Shown one piece after another: positions 10,502 through 25,499 of a stretch of 64,000 nucleotides of DNA. The position numbers and the translations under genes are program-made. This stretch comes from an uncultured Chloroflexia bacterium (GTDB lineage Bacteria; Chloroflexota; Limnocylindria; Limnocylindrales; CSP1-4). Where the stretch lies: assembly GCA_963813535.1 (NCBI GenBank), contig CAWEZH010000003.1:192001-256000 (forward strand), in the 5' to 3' direction. Each line of letters opens with the position of its first letter. Within the stretch, counting starts at the first letter, position 1. The notes below the pieces were generated by a model. It did no database searches. It was given only the letters and a program-made list of their open reading frames with translations, and was not told the origin of the DNA.

Positions 10502-12517
10502 TCAATGGACCGCCACGCCGCGACGACCCTGCCAGGCCTCGATGCCGTGGAGGTCGAGTGGCGGGAGCTCGTCGGCCGGCGTGAACCCGAAGACGGCGCC
10601 GAGGAAGCTGAGCCTCGCCTCGAGCGTCCGTCGTTGGGCGGTCTCGCCCCGGAAGCCATGACCCTCACCCTCGAATGCGAGATAGGCGTAGGGGATCCCG
10701 CGCACGGCGAGCGCCTCGGCAAGGACGTCGGCCTGGGCCGGCGGGACGACCTTGTCATCGAGGCCCTGGAGGATCAACAGCGGGCACGAGATGGCGTCGA
10801 GGTGATGGATCGGCGAACGCTCCCGATAGCGGTCGGCCATGGCGGGATACGGCCCGACCAGTCGCTCCGTGTAATGCGATTCGAACTTGTGGGTGTCCCG
10901 TGCGAGCGACTCGAGATCTCCGACACCGAAGAGGCTGATGCCCGCCGCGAACACGTCGCGGAAGGCCAGCGCGGCCAGCGTCGTGTAGCCGCCGGCGCTG
11001 CCACCTTCTATGGCCGACCGATCACCGTCGACGTCGCCACGATCGACAAGGTAGCGGGCCGCCCCGACGCAATCGTCGACATCCACGACGCCCCATTCGC
11101 CCTCCAGCGCCTGCCGGTACGCACGACCGTAGCCCGTGCTGCCGCCGTAGTCGACGTCCACCACCGCGATGCCCCGTGAGGTCAGGTACTGGACCGTCAG
11201 ATCGAGCGCGTTGGTGCTGTTCGCCGTCGGTCCGCCATGTGACCGGACGAGGAGCGGCGGCAGCTCCCCGTCGGGTGCCACGGCATCGGGATGGACCGGC
11301 CGATAGAAGAGGGCGTGGGCCACCCGACCCCCGGCGGTCGGGAACGTGATGGCCTCCGGGATCGAGACGACCGCCGAGTCGACCGCGACCGATGTCGAGT
11401 GGCGAAGGACGCCGGACGGCGCGAGCGTCGCCGGGTCGAGCACGACGATGGACGGCGGTTCCGTCGAGGTGCCGACGTGGGCGACGATCCCGGGCGGACC
11501 GACCCGGATCGTGCCGATCTCGGTGTAGGGCGACTCGACCTCGCCGATCACCTCGTCCGGCGCGATGTGGAACAGCCGGTCCCGACCGCGCGCCCGGCCG
11601 ACCGCCACGATCGAGCCGTCGGGCAGGAAGCCGTACGAGGAGCGGTCGAACAGCCAGGCCGGATCGGCGAACTCGGCCTCGAGCGGCGATAAGGGCTCGA
11701 GGCGCGGTCCCGGGGCGAGACGGTAGATGTTCCACCAGCCCGTCCGATCGCTGACGAAGTGGAGGATCCCGTCGGGCGACCACTCCGGCTGGGCGATCGA
11801 TTCGTCCAGGCCGCCCGCGGCCAGATCGCTCGGACCGAGGCCGCCATCGTCGGTGAAGGTGGCGACCCGCAGGCGCGTTGCGTCCCACGGCATGTCGGGG
11901 TGATCCCATTCGAGCCAGGCGAGCCGGCGCCCGTCGGGCGATGGCCGCGGAGCGGCGAGGAAATCGGGGCCCTCGTACAGGACTCGCGGCGGACGATCGC
12001 CGTCGAGGGCGATGTCGACGATCGCCGAGCGCGGTTCGCCGCCGTCCGTATGGTCCTCCCGGATGGCCAGGAACCGACGCCGAACCTGGTCGAACCGGAG
12101 GTCGGCGTAGCGAGAGGCGCCCAGCGGGGTGATCGGCTGCGGCGTGTCGTCGCCCGGGTCGAGCCGGTACAGTCGGCCGTCCGCCACGTGCGAGAAGAGC
12201 ACCGTGCCGCCGGCCACCGTGAAGGCGCCACCACCGTACTCGTGTACCCGCGTCCGGACGTCGAATGGCGGCGGGGTGACGTCACGGGTCGTCCCGTCGG
12301 GCGAGTGGTCGAGCAACACGCTCCGGCCGGCCTCGGCGGGCCGACCCTCGATCCAGTAGATCTCGTCCCCGTCGATCCATGGATCGGTCAGCCGGACGGA
12401 ACCGCCGACGATGTCGTCGATCCGGATCGACGATGGCCAGCTGCCGTACGGCAACGTGGCGGGTCCCTCCGCGCGCGGCTCGGGGCCGACCTCCTCGGTG
12501 CCGACCTCCTCGTCCAT
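10502..12517 (-). CDS. S9 family (prolyl oligopeptidase/acylaminoacyl peptidase-like) serine peptidase
   Basis: PYGSWPS N-terminus, HGGPT, DYGGSTGYGR, GGSAGG nucleophile, D..VPP, EGHGF. Confidence 0.92.
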   Translation of the reverse strand: MDEEVGTEEVGPEPRAEGPATLPYGSWPSSIRIDDIVGGSVRLTDPWIDGDEIYWIEGRPAEAGRSVLLDHSPDGTTRDVTPPPFDVRTRVHEYGGGAFTVAGGTVLFSHVADGRLYRLDPGDDTPQPITPLGASRYADLRFDQVRRRFLAIREDHTDGGEPRSAIVDIALDGDRPPRVLYEGPDFLAAPRPSPDGRRLAWLEWDHPDMPWDATRLRVATFTDDGGLGPSDLAAGGLDESIAQPEWSPDGILHFVSDRTGWWNIYRLAPGPRLEPLSPLEAEFADPAWLFDRSSYGFLPDGSIVAVGRARGRDRLFHIAPDEVIGEVESPYTEIGTIRVGPPGIVAHVGTSTEPPSIVVLDPATLAPSGVLRHSTSVAVDSAVVSIPEAITFPTAGGRVAHALFYRPVHPDAVAPDGELPPLLVRSHGGPTANSTNALDLTVQYLTSRGIAVVDVDYGGSTGYGRAYRQALEGEWGVVDVDDCVGAARYLVDRGDVDGDRSAIEGGSAGGYTTLAALAFRDVFAAGISLFGVGDLESLARDTHKFESHYTERLVGPYPAMADRYRERSPIHHLDAISCPLLILQGLDDKVVPPAQADVLAEALAVRGIPYAYLAFEGEGHGFRGETAQRRTLEARLSFLGAVFGFTPADELPPLDLHGIEAWQGRRGVAVH

Positions 12518-12559
12518 CGTCGGAACCCTATCGCGTCCGGTCCCGACGCGAGCGAACGT

Positions 12560-13837
12560 TCATGTGCCGTGCTGCCAGGACGAGACGTAGGCCGCCTGCT
12601 CGGGCGTCATCGGCTCGAGCTCGATGCCGAGCGCAGCCAGCTTGAGCCGGGCGACCTCGGCATCGATCGCCTCGGGCACGACGTAGACCATCGGCTCGAG
12701 CTCGGCATGATGCTTCGCGACGTACTCGGCGCACAGCGCCTGGTTGGCGAAGCTCATGTCCATCACGGCCGCCGGATGGCCCTCGGCCGCTCCGAGATTG
12801 ACCAGCCGACCCTCGGCGATGAGGTGCAGCTTCTTGCCACCGAGGTCGAACTCCTGGACGTTGTCGCGGACCTCGCGGACGTGCCCTTCGGCGAGCTCGC
12901 GCAGCGCCGCCAGGTCGAGCTCCGCGTCGAAATGACCCGAGTTGGCCATGACCGCTCCATCCCGCATCGCCTCGAAGTGTTCGCGCCGGAAGACGTTGAG
13001 GTTGCCGGTCGCCGTCACGAACAGCTCACCCCAGCGGGCAGCGTCGGCGTGGGTCATCACCGCGTACCCGTCCATCAGCGCCTCGAGCGCCCGCACCGGG
13101 TCGACCTCGACCACCGCGACGTGCGCTCCATGCCCGGACATCCGGGCGGCGATGCCCTTGCCGACCCAGCCATAGCCGGCGATGACGACCTTCCGACCGG
13201 CGATGAGCATGTTGGTGGCACGGATGATGCCGTCGACCGTCGATTGGCCCGTGCCGTAGCGGTTATCGAAGAGGTGCTTGGTCAGGGCCTCGTTGACGGC
13301 CACGACCGGGAAACCGAGGGCGCCGTCGGCGGCCATCGCCTTGAGGCGGATGACGCCCGTCGTCGTCTCCTCCGTCCCTGCGAGCACCTCCTTGACCTGA
13401 TCCGGCCGGTCGCTGTGCAGCAGCGAAACGAGGTCGCAACCGTCATCCATCGTGATCAGCGGATGTGTGTCCGCGACGGACTTGAGGTGGTCGTAGTAGG
13501 TGTCGCGATCCTCGCCGCGTCGGGCGAACGTGGCGATGCCGTACTCGGCGACCAGCGCGGCGGCCACGTCGTCCTTGGTCGACAAGGGGTTCGATGCAGC
13601 GAGGACGACATCGGCACCGCCGGCCTTGAGTGTTCGCATCAGGTTGGCCGTCTCGGTCGTGACATGCAGGCAGGCCCCGATGCGCAGTCCGTCCAGCGGG
13701 CGGTCGCGCTCGAACCGCTCGCGGATGAGCCGCAGGACCGGCATCTCGCGCTCCGCCCATTCGATGCGACGGACGCCCTCGCCGGCGAGGCCGAGGTCGG
13801 TGACGTCGTGGGCAGGCAGCATCGTCGAGGCGGTCAT
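12560..13837 (-). CDS. ahcY: Adenosylhomocysteinase
   Basis: [50 protein letters not shown]; start at MTASTML overlaps the GNAT stop. Confidence 0.97.
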   Translation of the reverse strand: MTASTMLPAHDVTDLGLAGEGVRRIEWAEREMPVLRLIRERFERDRPLDGLRIGACLHVTTETANLMRTLKAGGADVVLAASNPLSTKDDVAAALVAEYGIATFARRGEDRDTYYDHLKSVADTHPLITMDDGCDLVSLLHSDRPDQVKEVLAGTEETTTGVIRLKAMAADGALGFPVVAVNEALTKHLFDNRYGTGQSTVDGIIRATNMLIAGRKVVIAGYGWVGKGIAARMSGHGAHVAVVEVDPVRALEALMDGYAVMTHADAARWGELFVTATGNLNVFRREHFEAMRDGAVMANSGHFDAELDLAALRELAEGHVREVRDNVQEFDLGGKKLHLIAEGRLVNLGAAEGHPAAVMDMSFANQALCAEYVAKHHAELEPMVYVVPEAIDAEVARLKLAALGIELEPMTPEQAAYVSSWQHGT

Positions 13838-14700
13838 CGGCGGTCGGTCTCCTTGCGGGCGAACAGGCGGCGCAGCGGCGCCGTGATGTCGGCCCAGGGC
13901 GGGCCGAGACGGTGGATCAGGCGCTCCTCGAAGCGGGCATGCTCGCTGTACCCGAGGTGGCGGTAGGCGTTGATGGCCGGCGGGTTGTCGGCGCGGACGT
14001 TGAGCACGACCTGGTCGCAGGTGCGCAGCAACTCGGCGGTCACGGCGCCGGTCACGGCGGTGGCGAAGCCGCGTCCGCGATAGTCCATGTGGGTCAACAC
14101 GTTGCCCACCACCGCCAGGCGTGCGGTCGGGCTGACGACGTGCGTGCCGGCAGCAGCCACGAGGCGTCCGTTGACCCGCATCCCGAAGTAGACGCCGTCG
14201 GCGATCGCCGTCGATGGCAGCCACGACGCGAACCCGAGCTGGTACAGCCGGTTGAGCTCCCCGATCTCGACCGGGAGCAATCGCTGGACGGTCGCTGGAT
14301 ACGGCTTGAAGCGTGCACGGTCGACCCACATGCGGACCATCTGTGGCCCCGGATCGACGCGGTACTGCGTCTCGATCGCGGGCAGCATCTCTTGGCGGGC
14401 GGCGATGTACGCCGCTCGAGGTCGGATCACGTCGCGTAACACGGCGGCGATGCCGTCGGTGCTGCCCATCACGAACACCGGCTGTGGCGTCGGGCCCGTG
14501 TACTCGAGGCCGACCGCGACCAACGCATCGCCGTCGTACGCAGCGGCCCAGCGCGTGCGGGCGAACTCGCGATCCTCCAGATCGCAGAGCGCGTAGGCAG
14601 CGTACAGGCGGTCCTGGCCGAGGAAGGCACGGAGGAGGTCGCGCTCGGTCGTCTGCCGGGCGACCGTCACCGAGCGACGGCCGATGGCCACCGTGGCCAT
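13834..14700 (-). CDS. GNAT N-acetyltransferase (C-terminal FR47-like GNAT domain)
   Basis: [17 protein letters not shown] motif A and [19 protein letters not shown] motif B; coupled to mtnA and ahcY. Confidence 0.85.
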   Translation of the reverse strand: MATVAIGRRSVTVARQTTERDLLRAFLGQDRLYAAYALCDLEDREFARTRWAAAYDGDALVAVGLEYTGPTPQPVFVMGSTDGIAAVLRDVIRPRAAYIAARQEMLPAIETQYRVDPGPQMVRMWVDRARFKPYPATVQRLLPVEIGELNRLYQLGFASWLPSTAIADGVYFGMRVNGRLVAAAGTHVVSPTARLAVVGNVLTHMDYRGRGFATAVTGAVTAELLRTCDQVVLNVRADNPPAINAYRHLGYSEHARFEERLIHRLGPPWADITAPLRRLFARKETDRR

Positions 14701-16067
14701 CAGTCGGGCCGTCCGGCCAGGGCGGCGAACCCGGGAGCTGCGGAGCGACGGAGCTGGCGTGCTGCCACGGCCTCTGCTAACGACGTCTCGTATGGCGGGC
14801 GGAGCACGCCCTCGTCCGTGACGATCCCCGAGATCAGCTCGGCGGGCGTCACGTCGAAGGCGGGGTTGCGCACGTCGGTGTCCGGCGGTGCCAGGCGCAC
14901 GCCGCGGATCATGAGCACCTCGTCGGCCGAGCGTTCCTCGATCGGGATGTCGGCGCCCGTGGCTGTCCCGAGGTCGATCGAACTGACCGGCGCAGCGACG
15001 AGGAAGGGGATCCCGTGACGTGCGGCGAGCACGGCCAGCGGATAGGTCCCGATCTTGTTGGCGGTGTCGCCATCGGCGGCGATCCGGTCCGCACCGACGA
15101 TCACGGCGTCGACCTCGCCGCGGGCCATCAGGTGGCCGGCCGCCACGTCGGGGATGAGGGTGTGCGGCACGCCCGCCTGGGCGAGCTCCCATGCCGTCAG
15201 CCGGGCGCCCTGCAAGTAGGGCCGCGTCTCGTCGACCCAGACGTGGATCGGGCGACCGGCATGGTAGGCAGCCTGGACGACACCAAGCGCCGTGCCGAAC
15301 TGGCCGCACGCGAGCGGACCGGTGTTGCAGTGGGTCAGGATGCGGAGCGGGCCGTCCTCCGGGAAGTCGAGCGCCTCCAGCCCGAACGACGCGAGCCGGC
15401 CGTGATCCTCGGTCGCCTCGAAGACGATCGCGTCGGCCTCGGCACGCACCGCCGCGGCGATCGCATCACCGTCCTCCGACAGCTCCCCGACCGCCTCGTA
15501 GGCGGCCATCACCCGATCGACCGCCCAGCCCAGATTGACCGCGGTGGGCCGCGAGCTGCGCAGGACGTTGGCGGCGCCACGGAACGTGGCGCGGCGGGCG
15601 TAGGGTCGGGTGCCGGCGTTGGCCTTGGCTGTCAGGGCCATGCCCAGGGCCGCGACCTGGCCGATGGCCGGTGCGCCGCGGACGATCATCTCGCGGATCG
15701 CATAGCCGACCTGGGCCGCGGACTTCGCCTCGAACTCCTCGAGGACGTCCGGCAGCTTGCGCTGGTCGACGATATAGAGGACGCCCGGACCCTCGCGGAA
15801 GGGCGTGCGGAAGCCGCTCGGCGCCGCGGGCGGAACGACGCGGTCGGCCTGGGTGTACGACGACGGGTCGAGGATCGCACTGGCCGCATCGGCGGAGGCT
15901 CGCTGGATCGCCTGGGCCGCCCCGACGACCGTGGCGGCGCTGTGGACGACGTCCCCCGCGAACTGACGGAAAAATCGTCGACGCCCAAGGTCGGCACCAC
16001 CGTCCGTGGCCGATGGGGTCGGGTCGGTGGCGGGGGTGTCGGGGTCGGTGTGCGGCGTGTCAGTCAA
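14700..16067 (-). CDS. mtnA: S-methyl-5-thioribose-1-phosphate isomerase with N-terminal extension
   Basis: [70 protein letters not shown]. Confidence 0.93.
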   Translation of the reverse strand: MTDTPHTDPDTPATDPTPSATDGGADLGRRRFFRQFAGDVVHSAATVVGAAQAIQRASADAASAILDPSSYTQADRVVPPAAPSGFRTPFREGPGVLYIVDQRKLPDVLEEFEAKSAAQVGYAIREMIVRGAPAIGQVAALGMALTAKANAGTRPYARRATFRGAANVLRSSRPTAVNLGWAVDRVMAAYEAVGELSEDGDAIAAAVRAEADAIVFEATEDHGRLASFGLEALDFPEDGPLRILTHCNTGPLACGQFGTALGVVQAAYHAGRPIHVWVDETRPYLQGARLTAWELAQAGVPHTLIPDVAAGHLMARGEVDAVIVGADRIAADGDTANKIGTYPLAVLAARHGIPFLVAAPVSSIDLGTATGADIPIEERSADEVLMIRGVRLAPPDTDVRNPAFDVTPAELISGIVTDEGVLRPPYETSLAEAVAARQLRRSAAPGFAALAGRPD

Positions 16068-16092
16068 TGGCGCGACGGGCCGATGCGCCCGC

Positions 16093-16614
16093 TCAGTACT
16101 TGATGACGCTGGTCACGCGCCGACCATCGAGCCGCTCGCGACCCTTGAGGAACTCCAGCTCGACGAGGAAGGCCAACCCGATGACCTCGCCCTTGAGCCG
16201 CTCGATGAGCTCGATCGTGCCCTTCACGGTCCCACCGGTAGCCAGCAGGTCGTCGACGATGAGGACCTTCTGGCCGGGCTGGATCGCGTCGCGGTGGATC
16301 TCGAGGGTGTTGGAGCCGTACTCGAGCGCGTACTCGACGGTGATCGTCTCGGCGGGCAGCTTTCCGAGCTTGCGGACCGGGACCAGGCCGGCATCCAGCT
16401 GGTATGCCATCGGGGCACTGAAGATGAACCCACGCGACTCCATGCCGACCACCGCGTCGACCTGCTCGTCCTGGTAGGGCTCGAGCATGAGGTCGATCGC
16501 CTCCTTGTAGGCGGCCGGGTCCTTGAGCAGGGTCGTGATGTCATAGAAGAGGATGCCCGGCTTGGGGAAGTCCGGGATCTCGCGGATCTTCTCGCGCAAT
16601 GCCTCAGCGGACAT
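16093..16614 (-). CDS. apt: Adenine phosphoribosyltransferase
   Basis: IPDFPKPGILFYDITTLL, ESRGF, YALEYG, VDDLLATGGT. Confidence 0.97.
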   Translation of the reverse strand: MSAEALREKIREIPDFPKPGILFYDITTLLKDPAAYKEAIDLMLEPYQDEQVDAVVGMESRGFIFSAPMAYQLDAGLVPVRKLGKLPAETITVEYALEYGSNTLEIHRDAIQPGQKVLIVDDLLATGGTVKGTIELIERLKGEVIGLAFLVELEFLKGRERLDGRRVTSVIKY

Positions 16615-16770
16615 CGGGATTCGGGCCCTCCATCGGGTGGCTGGACTGATCGGCGGACGTGCCGTCACCGGGCGGGCGCGGGGCCGGCCGAAAGTCTACC
16701 GCAGGCGCGACTCCGCTCCAGGGGGCGTGCATCCGAGACGTCGGCGGTCCGCTCCTGGGCGGGCTCGTGG

Positions 16771-18636
16771 TCAGGAGGTCTTGGTGCGGAAGGACCAGCT
16801 GGTCGAGGTGAGTCGGTTGCCGCTCGGGTCCCTGATGGTGCTGCTCACGTACACGCCGTAGCGCTCGTTGCGGAACATCGACAGCGTCGGGTCGAGGGTC
16901 GCCGTCCGCGAGCCGGCGGCATAGGTCACCTTGGCTCGGACCCAGAACCCGGTGCGAAGATTCTTCAATCGCACCGTCGACGATGACACGCCCTTGACGG
17001 GCTCCGAGAACGTGACTCTTATCGATGCGCTGCGTACGACGCCCGTGGCATTCGCCTTCGGGCTGCGTGACTTGATGGTCGGCTTGATCCGGTCGACGAC
17101 CTTCACGGCCGCGCTCGAGGTGATCGCGAGCTGACCCTCCTCGTCGATGCCCAGGACGGTCCAGCGGTAGCAGGCGCCCGCGGACAGGCCGGTGTCGAGC
17201 GTCGGCGTCACGAAATCGAGCACGACCTGATCGTCAGGGAACTCGAATTCATCCGGACACGATCCGCTGATGAGGTTCCACTGCGTGCGCACGAGTTGCC
17301 CGGCGATGACCTCGTGGCTCGCGGTCCACGCGACGGTGTATGTCGAACCGGACTGGGTCACCGTGCTCGTCGGCGAGGTGAAGGTGAACGTGAGTGGATC
17401 CGTGATGCCCGGAGCCGGCTCCAGGTCGGGGAGCGGATCCGGCACGGGCTCCGTCAACGCCGCGAGGACGTCGAGCCGGCCAGAGCCGTAGCTGTTGTCG
17501 CGTCCGGGCTCGCCGAGATCGACACTGCTCGTGCGGATGACCGCTTCGAGCTCGGCGACCTCGAGTCCGGGCCGGGCCGACCAGACGAGCGCCGCGCCGC
17601 CGGCGACGTGGGGTGTCGCCATGCTGGTGCCGCTCGCCCGCTCGTAATCGCCGAAGGCCGTCGACAACGTCTCGACACCGGGAGCCGCGATGTCGACGCC
17701 GCGGTTGAAGGTCGAGAAGTCGGCGAGGACATCGGAGCCGTCGACCGCACCGACCGACACGACCCCGTGGAGCGCCGCCGGGTATTCGATGAGTGGCGTC
17801 CCGGTGTTGCCGGAAGCGGCAACGGTGAGGATGCCCGCCGAGCGGGCGGCGCTGAACGTCGGCTGGACGAGCGCGACCTGCTCAGGGTCCAGGTCGCCGC
17901 CCAGCGACATGTTGATGATGTCGGCGCCGTGCGTCCGTGCCCAATCGACCGCATCGAGCAGGTCCGAGAAGCTCCCGAAGCCGAACTCGTCGAGGACCTT
18001 GATGGGCATCAGGGAGCTCGTCGGTGCGATCCCCGCGATCCCCTCGCCGTTGTCGGTCTGGGCGAAGATCGTGCCGGCGACGTGGGTGCCGTGCCCGGCA
18101 TCGTCCGTGACGTCCGTGTTGTTCCAGATCTCGTTGCGTGGATCGACGACGTCGACACCCACCAGGTCGGGATGGGTGAGATCGACGCCGCTGTCGATGA
18201 CCGCGACGACGACGTTGGGATCACCCGTCGTAATCGGCCAGCTTTCGGGAACGTTGATCTGGTCGAGGTCGTCCTGGTCGCCGAAGCGAGGGTCGTCCGG
18301 CGGGTCGGCGGGCCAGTCGGACGCCTTGATCTTCGCGTCCGGGACCACCGCCAGGACACGCGGGTCGTTGCGCAGGGCTCGACCCACCGCGCCGGCCTTG
18401 CCCGAGTCCGCCGTCACGACCATGCGCTGGTCGGACGCCGTGCGAGCCGCACGGCGGACACCGGCGATCCCGAGCTTCGCGGGCGCATGGTCCCGCCAGA
18501 TGACGATGAACCGCCCGCCGGGCGCGGCGACGTCGCTGGCGCGCACGGGCGCGGCCGCCACGGCCGGCACGAACGCGGCAAGGGCGAAGACGGTCGCAAG
18601 GACGACCGACATCGGGCGGCGGAAGCGTGATGTCAC
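16771..18636 (-). CDS. Secreted S8 subtilisin-like peptidase with C-terminal Ig-like (SbsA/Big_5-like) domain
   Basis: Catalytic triad VAVIDSG / GHGTHVAG / SGTSMATPHV; signal peptide; C-terminal VTFSEPV...IRDPSGN. GTG at 18636 follows GGAG. Confidence 0.9.
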   Translation of the reverse strand: MTSRFRRPMSVVLATVFALAAFVPAVAAAPVRASDVAAPGGRFIVIWRDHAPAKLGIAGVRRAARTASDQRMVVTADSGKAGAVGRALRNDPRVLAVVPDAKIKASDWPADPPDDPRFGDQDDLDQINVPESWPITTGDPNVVVAVIDSGVDLTHPDLVGVDVVDPRNEIWNNTDVTDDAGHGTHVAGTIFAQTDNGEGIAGIAPTSSLMPIKVLDEFGFGSFSDLLDAVDWARTHGADIINMSLGGDLDPEQVALVQPTFSAARSAGILTVAASGNTGTPLIEYPAALHGVVSVGAVDGSDVLADFSTFNRGVDIAAPGVETLSTAFGDYERASGTSMATPHVAGGAALVWSARPGLEVAELEAVIRTSSVDLGEPGRDNSYGSGRLDVLAALTEPVPDPLPDLEPAPGITDPLTFTFTSPTSTVTQSGSTYTVAWTASHEVIAGQLVRTQWNLISGSCPDEFEFPDDQVVLDFVTPTLDTGLSAGACYRWTVLGIDEEGQLAITSSAAVKVVDRIKPTIKSRSPKANATGVVRSASIRVTFSEPVKGVSSSTVRLKNLRTGFWVRAKVTYAAGSRTATLDPTLSMFRNERYGVYVSSTIRDPSGNRLTSTSWSFRTKTS

Positions 18637-18808
18637 GAGGCAGCTCCAGACGACATCGAAGTCCGGAGGCACACCCCCATGCATGCCCTTGGTCGTCCGT
18701 CGTCGATGGCGAGTCGAGCGGACGATAATGGCACGGACCGGTCGAGGCAATGACCATCCCCATGCTGGGGCCGAGTCGGTGGTGCCGGGAGGCTACGGCT
18801 CTCGGACG

Positions 18809-20236
18809 TCAGGCTTGCGTCGGCGCGAGCGCGCTCGCGCGATCCTCGCTCCGGGCGGGATGGAGCCGACCGCCGATCGCGACGCCGAGGAGCGCGACCC
18901 CGACCGCGACGCCGAAACCGATCGCCAGACCCACGACCGGGTCGCCGACGCTCCGGACGGATGCGGCGACGAGCGCGCCGGTGATGCCGGTCCCGAGCGC
19001 CGTGCCGAGCGAATTGGTCAGGGAGATGGCGGAGGATGCGCGGCCCTGCTCGGCCGTCGGTGCCTCCCGGAGCACGATCAGGGCGAGCGGCGAGTACGCC
19101 AGACCCATGGCGTAGCCGGCCACGGCCAGCGTCGGGATGGCCAGCCACGGTGAGACCTGGGGCAACAGCACCACACCGAAGCTCGCCAGACCGACGACCA
19201 GGACCAGCAGGCCGGCGCGGACGAACCGCTCCGGTGCCCAGCGCGACGAGTAGTGGGCCTGTGTCCATGATCCGGCCGTCCAGCTGATGGTGGCCGCGGT
19301 GAGGGCGATGCCCGCTTCCACCGGGCGAAGGCCGCGCCAGTCGACGAGCGCCAGCGCCACGTACGCATCGACGGCGAAGAAGGCGAACGTGATGATCCCG
19401 CGCATCAGGACGGCGGCAGGCAGCCCACGGGCGGCGCGGAGCGTGCCCGCGGGGGTGAGCCGTCGGAGCGCGAAGACCGCGAGCGTGATGCCGACCGTCG
19501 CGAGGATCGCCAGCGGGATGGCCTGACCGCTGGTCAGGCCTGCGAGGAGCAGCCCCGTGCCGAGCGCGACGACGAATGCGAGCGGTGCCCGCTCTCGGAG
19601 CGTGGCGGCGTTGGCGGCATCGGTCGGATCGGGCCCGATCTTGCGCACCGCCCGGAACGCCATGGCCGACGAGAGGACGATTAGCGGCAGCAGCCCCAGG
19701 AACACCCAGCGCCAGCCGAACGCCTCACCGACGATGCCCGCCAGCGCCGGACCGAGGACGCCGGGGATGACCCACGCCGTCGACAGTGTGGCGAACATCC
19801 GGGGCCGAAGGTGCTCGGGCAGGCTGCGTCCGATGGCCACGTACGCGATCGGCGGCACGGTGCCTGCTCCGAGACCCTGGAGGAACCGGGCGGCCACGAG
19901 GATCTCCATGGATGGCGCGAGACCGCCGATGATCAGGCCGGCGGCGAACAGGCCGATCCCGACCGCGAACGGGCCGCCCAGCCCCCGGCGATCGATCAGC
20001 CCACCGACCAGCACGATGCCGATCAGCGAGCCCAGCATGAACGCCGTGAAGACCCAGCCGTAGAGCTCGATGCCGTTCAGCTCCTCGGCGACGATCGGCA
20101 TGATCGTCGAGACCGCGAGGGCCTCGAACGCCACGAGCGTGATGGTGAGGACGAGCCCGACCGTGAGGCTGCGCCGACCCGGCGACCACAGACCGCCGCC
20201 ATCGGCCCGCGCGGTCCCGGGTTGGCTCACTGACAT
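18809..20236 (-). CDS. MFS transporter (14-TM drug/H+ antiporter-like)
   Basis: GGLIDRRG, ARFLQGLGAG, GPALAG...GWRWVF motifs; many TM segments. Confidence 0.88.
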   Translation of the reverse strand: MSVSQPGTARADGGGLWSPGRRSLTVGLVLTITLVAFEALAVSTIMPIVAEELNGIELYGWVFTAFMLGSLIGIVLVGGLIDRRGLGGPFAVGIGLFAAGLIIGGLAPSMEILVAARFLQGLGAGTVPPIAYVAIGRSLPEHLRPRMFATLSTAWVIPGVLGPALAGIVGEAFGWRWVFLGLLPLIVLSSAMAFRAVRKIGPDPTDAANAATLRERAPLAFVVALGTGLLLAGLTSGQAIPLAILATVGITLAVFALRRLTPAGTLRAARGLPAAVLMRGIITFAFFAVDAYVALALVDWRGLRPVEAGIALTAATISWTAGSWTQAHYSSRWAPERFVRAGLLVLVVGLASFGVVLLPQVSPWLAIPTLAVAGYAMGLAYSPLALIVLREAPTAEQGRASSAISLTNSLGTALGTGITGALVAASVRSVGDPVVGLAIGFGVAVGVALLGVAIGGRLHPARSEDRASALAPTQA

Positions 20237-20295
20237 GGTCCAAGTGTGCCGCGGTTCTCCGGTCCGTGCCTCGGCGGTCCGTCGCTACGGCGCTG

Positions 20296-24121
<3,826 letters not shown>

Positions 24122-24129
<8 letters not shown>

Positions 24130-24817
24130 CGGGCGTCCCATCCCGCGGCGGGAGGGCCCGCCGCCAGCCAGTGCGCGTCCGTCGGATGCCCTGATCGTCG
24201 GGCGGCCCGTCGATCTCACCGGGCGCCGCGAGACGCGACACGTCGGCCTCGCGCAGCTGGAACGTGTTGAAGCGATTCGCGGCCTTGCTCGTGCCGTCAC
24301 GAGCCCAGGCCTCGACGCCGTCCGTCGCAGCATCGAGCAGCTCATCGAGGCGCTGGACCTCGTCGGGCTCGAAGCGCGACAGGACGTGGTCGCGCGCATC
24401 CCTGACCGGATCGCCGATACCGATGCGGAACCGGCTGAATTTCTCGGTGCCGAGCTCGTCGACGATCGATCGCAGGCCGTTGTGGCCCCCATGACTGCCC
24501 GATTCGCGGAACCGCAGCTTGCCGAACGGCAGGGCGAAGTCATCGGCGACGACCAGGAGATCCCCAAGGGGGGCGTGCTCCCGCGCCAGCACCTTGCGGA
24601 CCGCGAGACCCGAGTCGTTCATCCAGGTCAGTGGCTTGACGAGGGTCAGGTCAAGCCCCTCGTACCGGCCCATCACGACATTGGAGGCGTCACGCTGCCG
24701 GCCACGGCCCGACCAACCGGCGCGCTCCGCGAGCCGGTCGAGCACGAGCCAACCGATGTTGTGACGCGTCCCGGCGTACCGCTCACCCGGATTGCCGAGC
24801 CCGACGACGACCTTCAC
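24122..24817 (-). CDS. pth: Peptidyl-tRNA hydrolase
   Basis: VGLGNPG..Y..TRHNIG, KPLTWMNDSG, GGHNGLRSI. Confidence 0.96.
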
Positions 24818-24949
24818 GTTCCCTGCCTGACGATCCTGCGGACAGCACGATGTGGCCCGAATCCCGTCCGACGGGCGACGTCATGACATCGCTCGACACC
24901 GCGGGAGGGCCGAGCGTCGATGGTACCTGCCGACGGGTTCGACCGCCGG

Positions 24950-25499
24950 TCAGCGGCGGGAACGGCGCGACGGCCGGGGCGTGACGGCCAGTAGTCGACG
25001 CTCCAGGGCTCGCATCTCACGTTCGTCCGACGGGGTCGCATGGTCCCGGCCGCAGATGTGGAGCGCCCCGTGGGTCACGAGGAGTCGCATCTCGTCGGCC
25101 GGGCGACCAGCGGACATCGCCGGTCTGGCCGCCGCGACCTTGAGCGGCCTGCTCGATCGCGCGCTCGACCGACACGACGATGTCGCCGAGATAGATACGA
25201 CGTCCGGGTGGCCGCGGGACGGCGGGCACGGCGGCTCCCGAGGTGAACGACGAGGGTGGCAGCAACGGGAAGGACAGGACGTCCGTCGGTCCCACGTGAC
25301 CCATGTGCTTGAGGTTCAGCGTGGCCAGCTCCGCATCGTCAGCGAGGATCAGGCCTATCGACGCTGGCGACGGAGCATCGATCGCATCGAGCGCCATCGC
25401 GATGGTGCGCGCCAGACTGGCCGTCGATGCCGGGGGGCGGACGCCATCGCGCACGTCGATGTCGATCCGCCACGGTCGGTGGTAGATCGACCGGGTCAC
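24950..25499 (-). pseudogene. ybeY: rRNA maturation endoribonuclease YbeY with a +1 frameshift near 25100 (probable sequencing indel)
   Basis: PTDVLSFP and LGDIVVS in one frame; after removing one base the frame reads ADEMRLLVTHGALHICGRDH (HGxLHxxGxDH) to TGA at 24950. Confidence 0.85.

Noticed and set aside
18640-18808. Riboswitch in the S8 protease leader
   Set aside because: Small hairpins are present but no recognisable aptamer consensus; an Rfam scan would be needed.
25095-25106. Programmed ribosomal frameshifting in ybeY, the antiporter or the CPBP gene
   Set aside because: No slippery heptamer or stimulatory signal; three independent +1 events point to indel errors.
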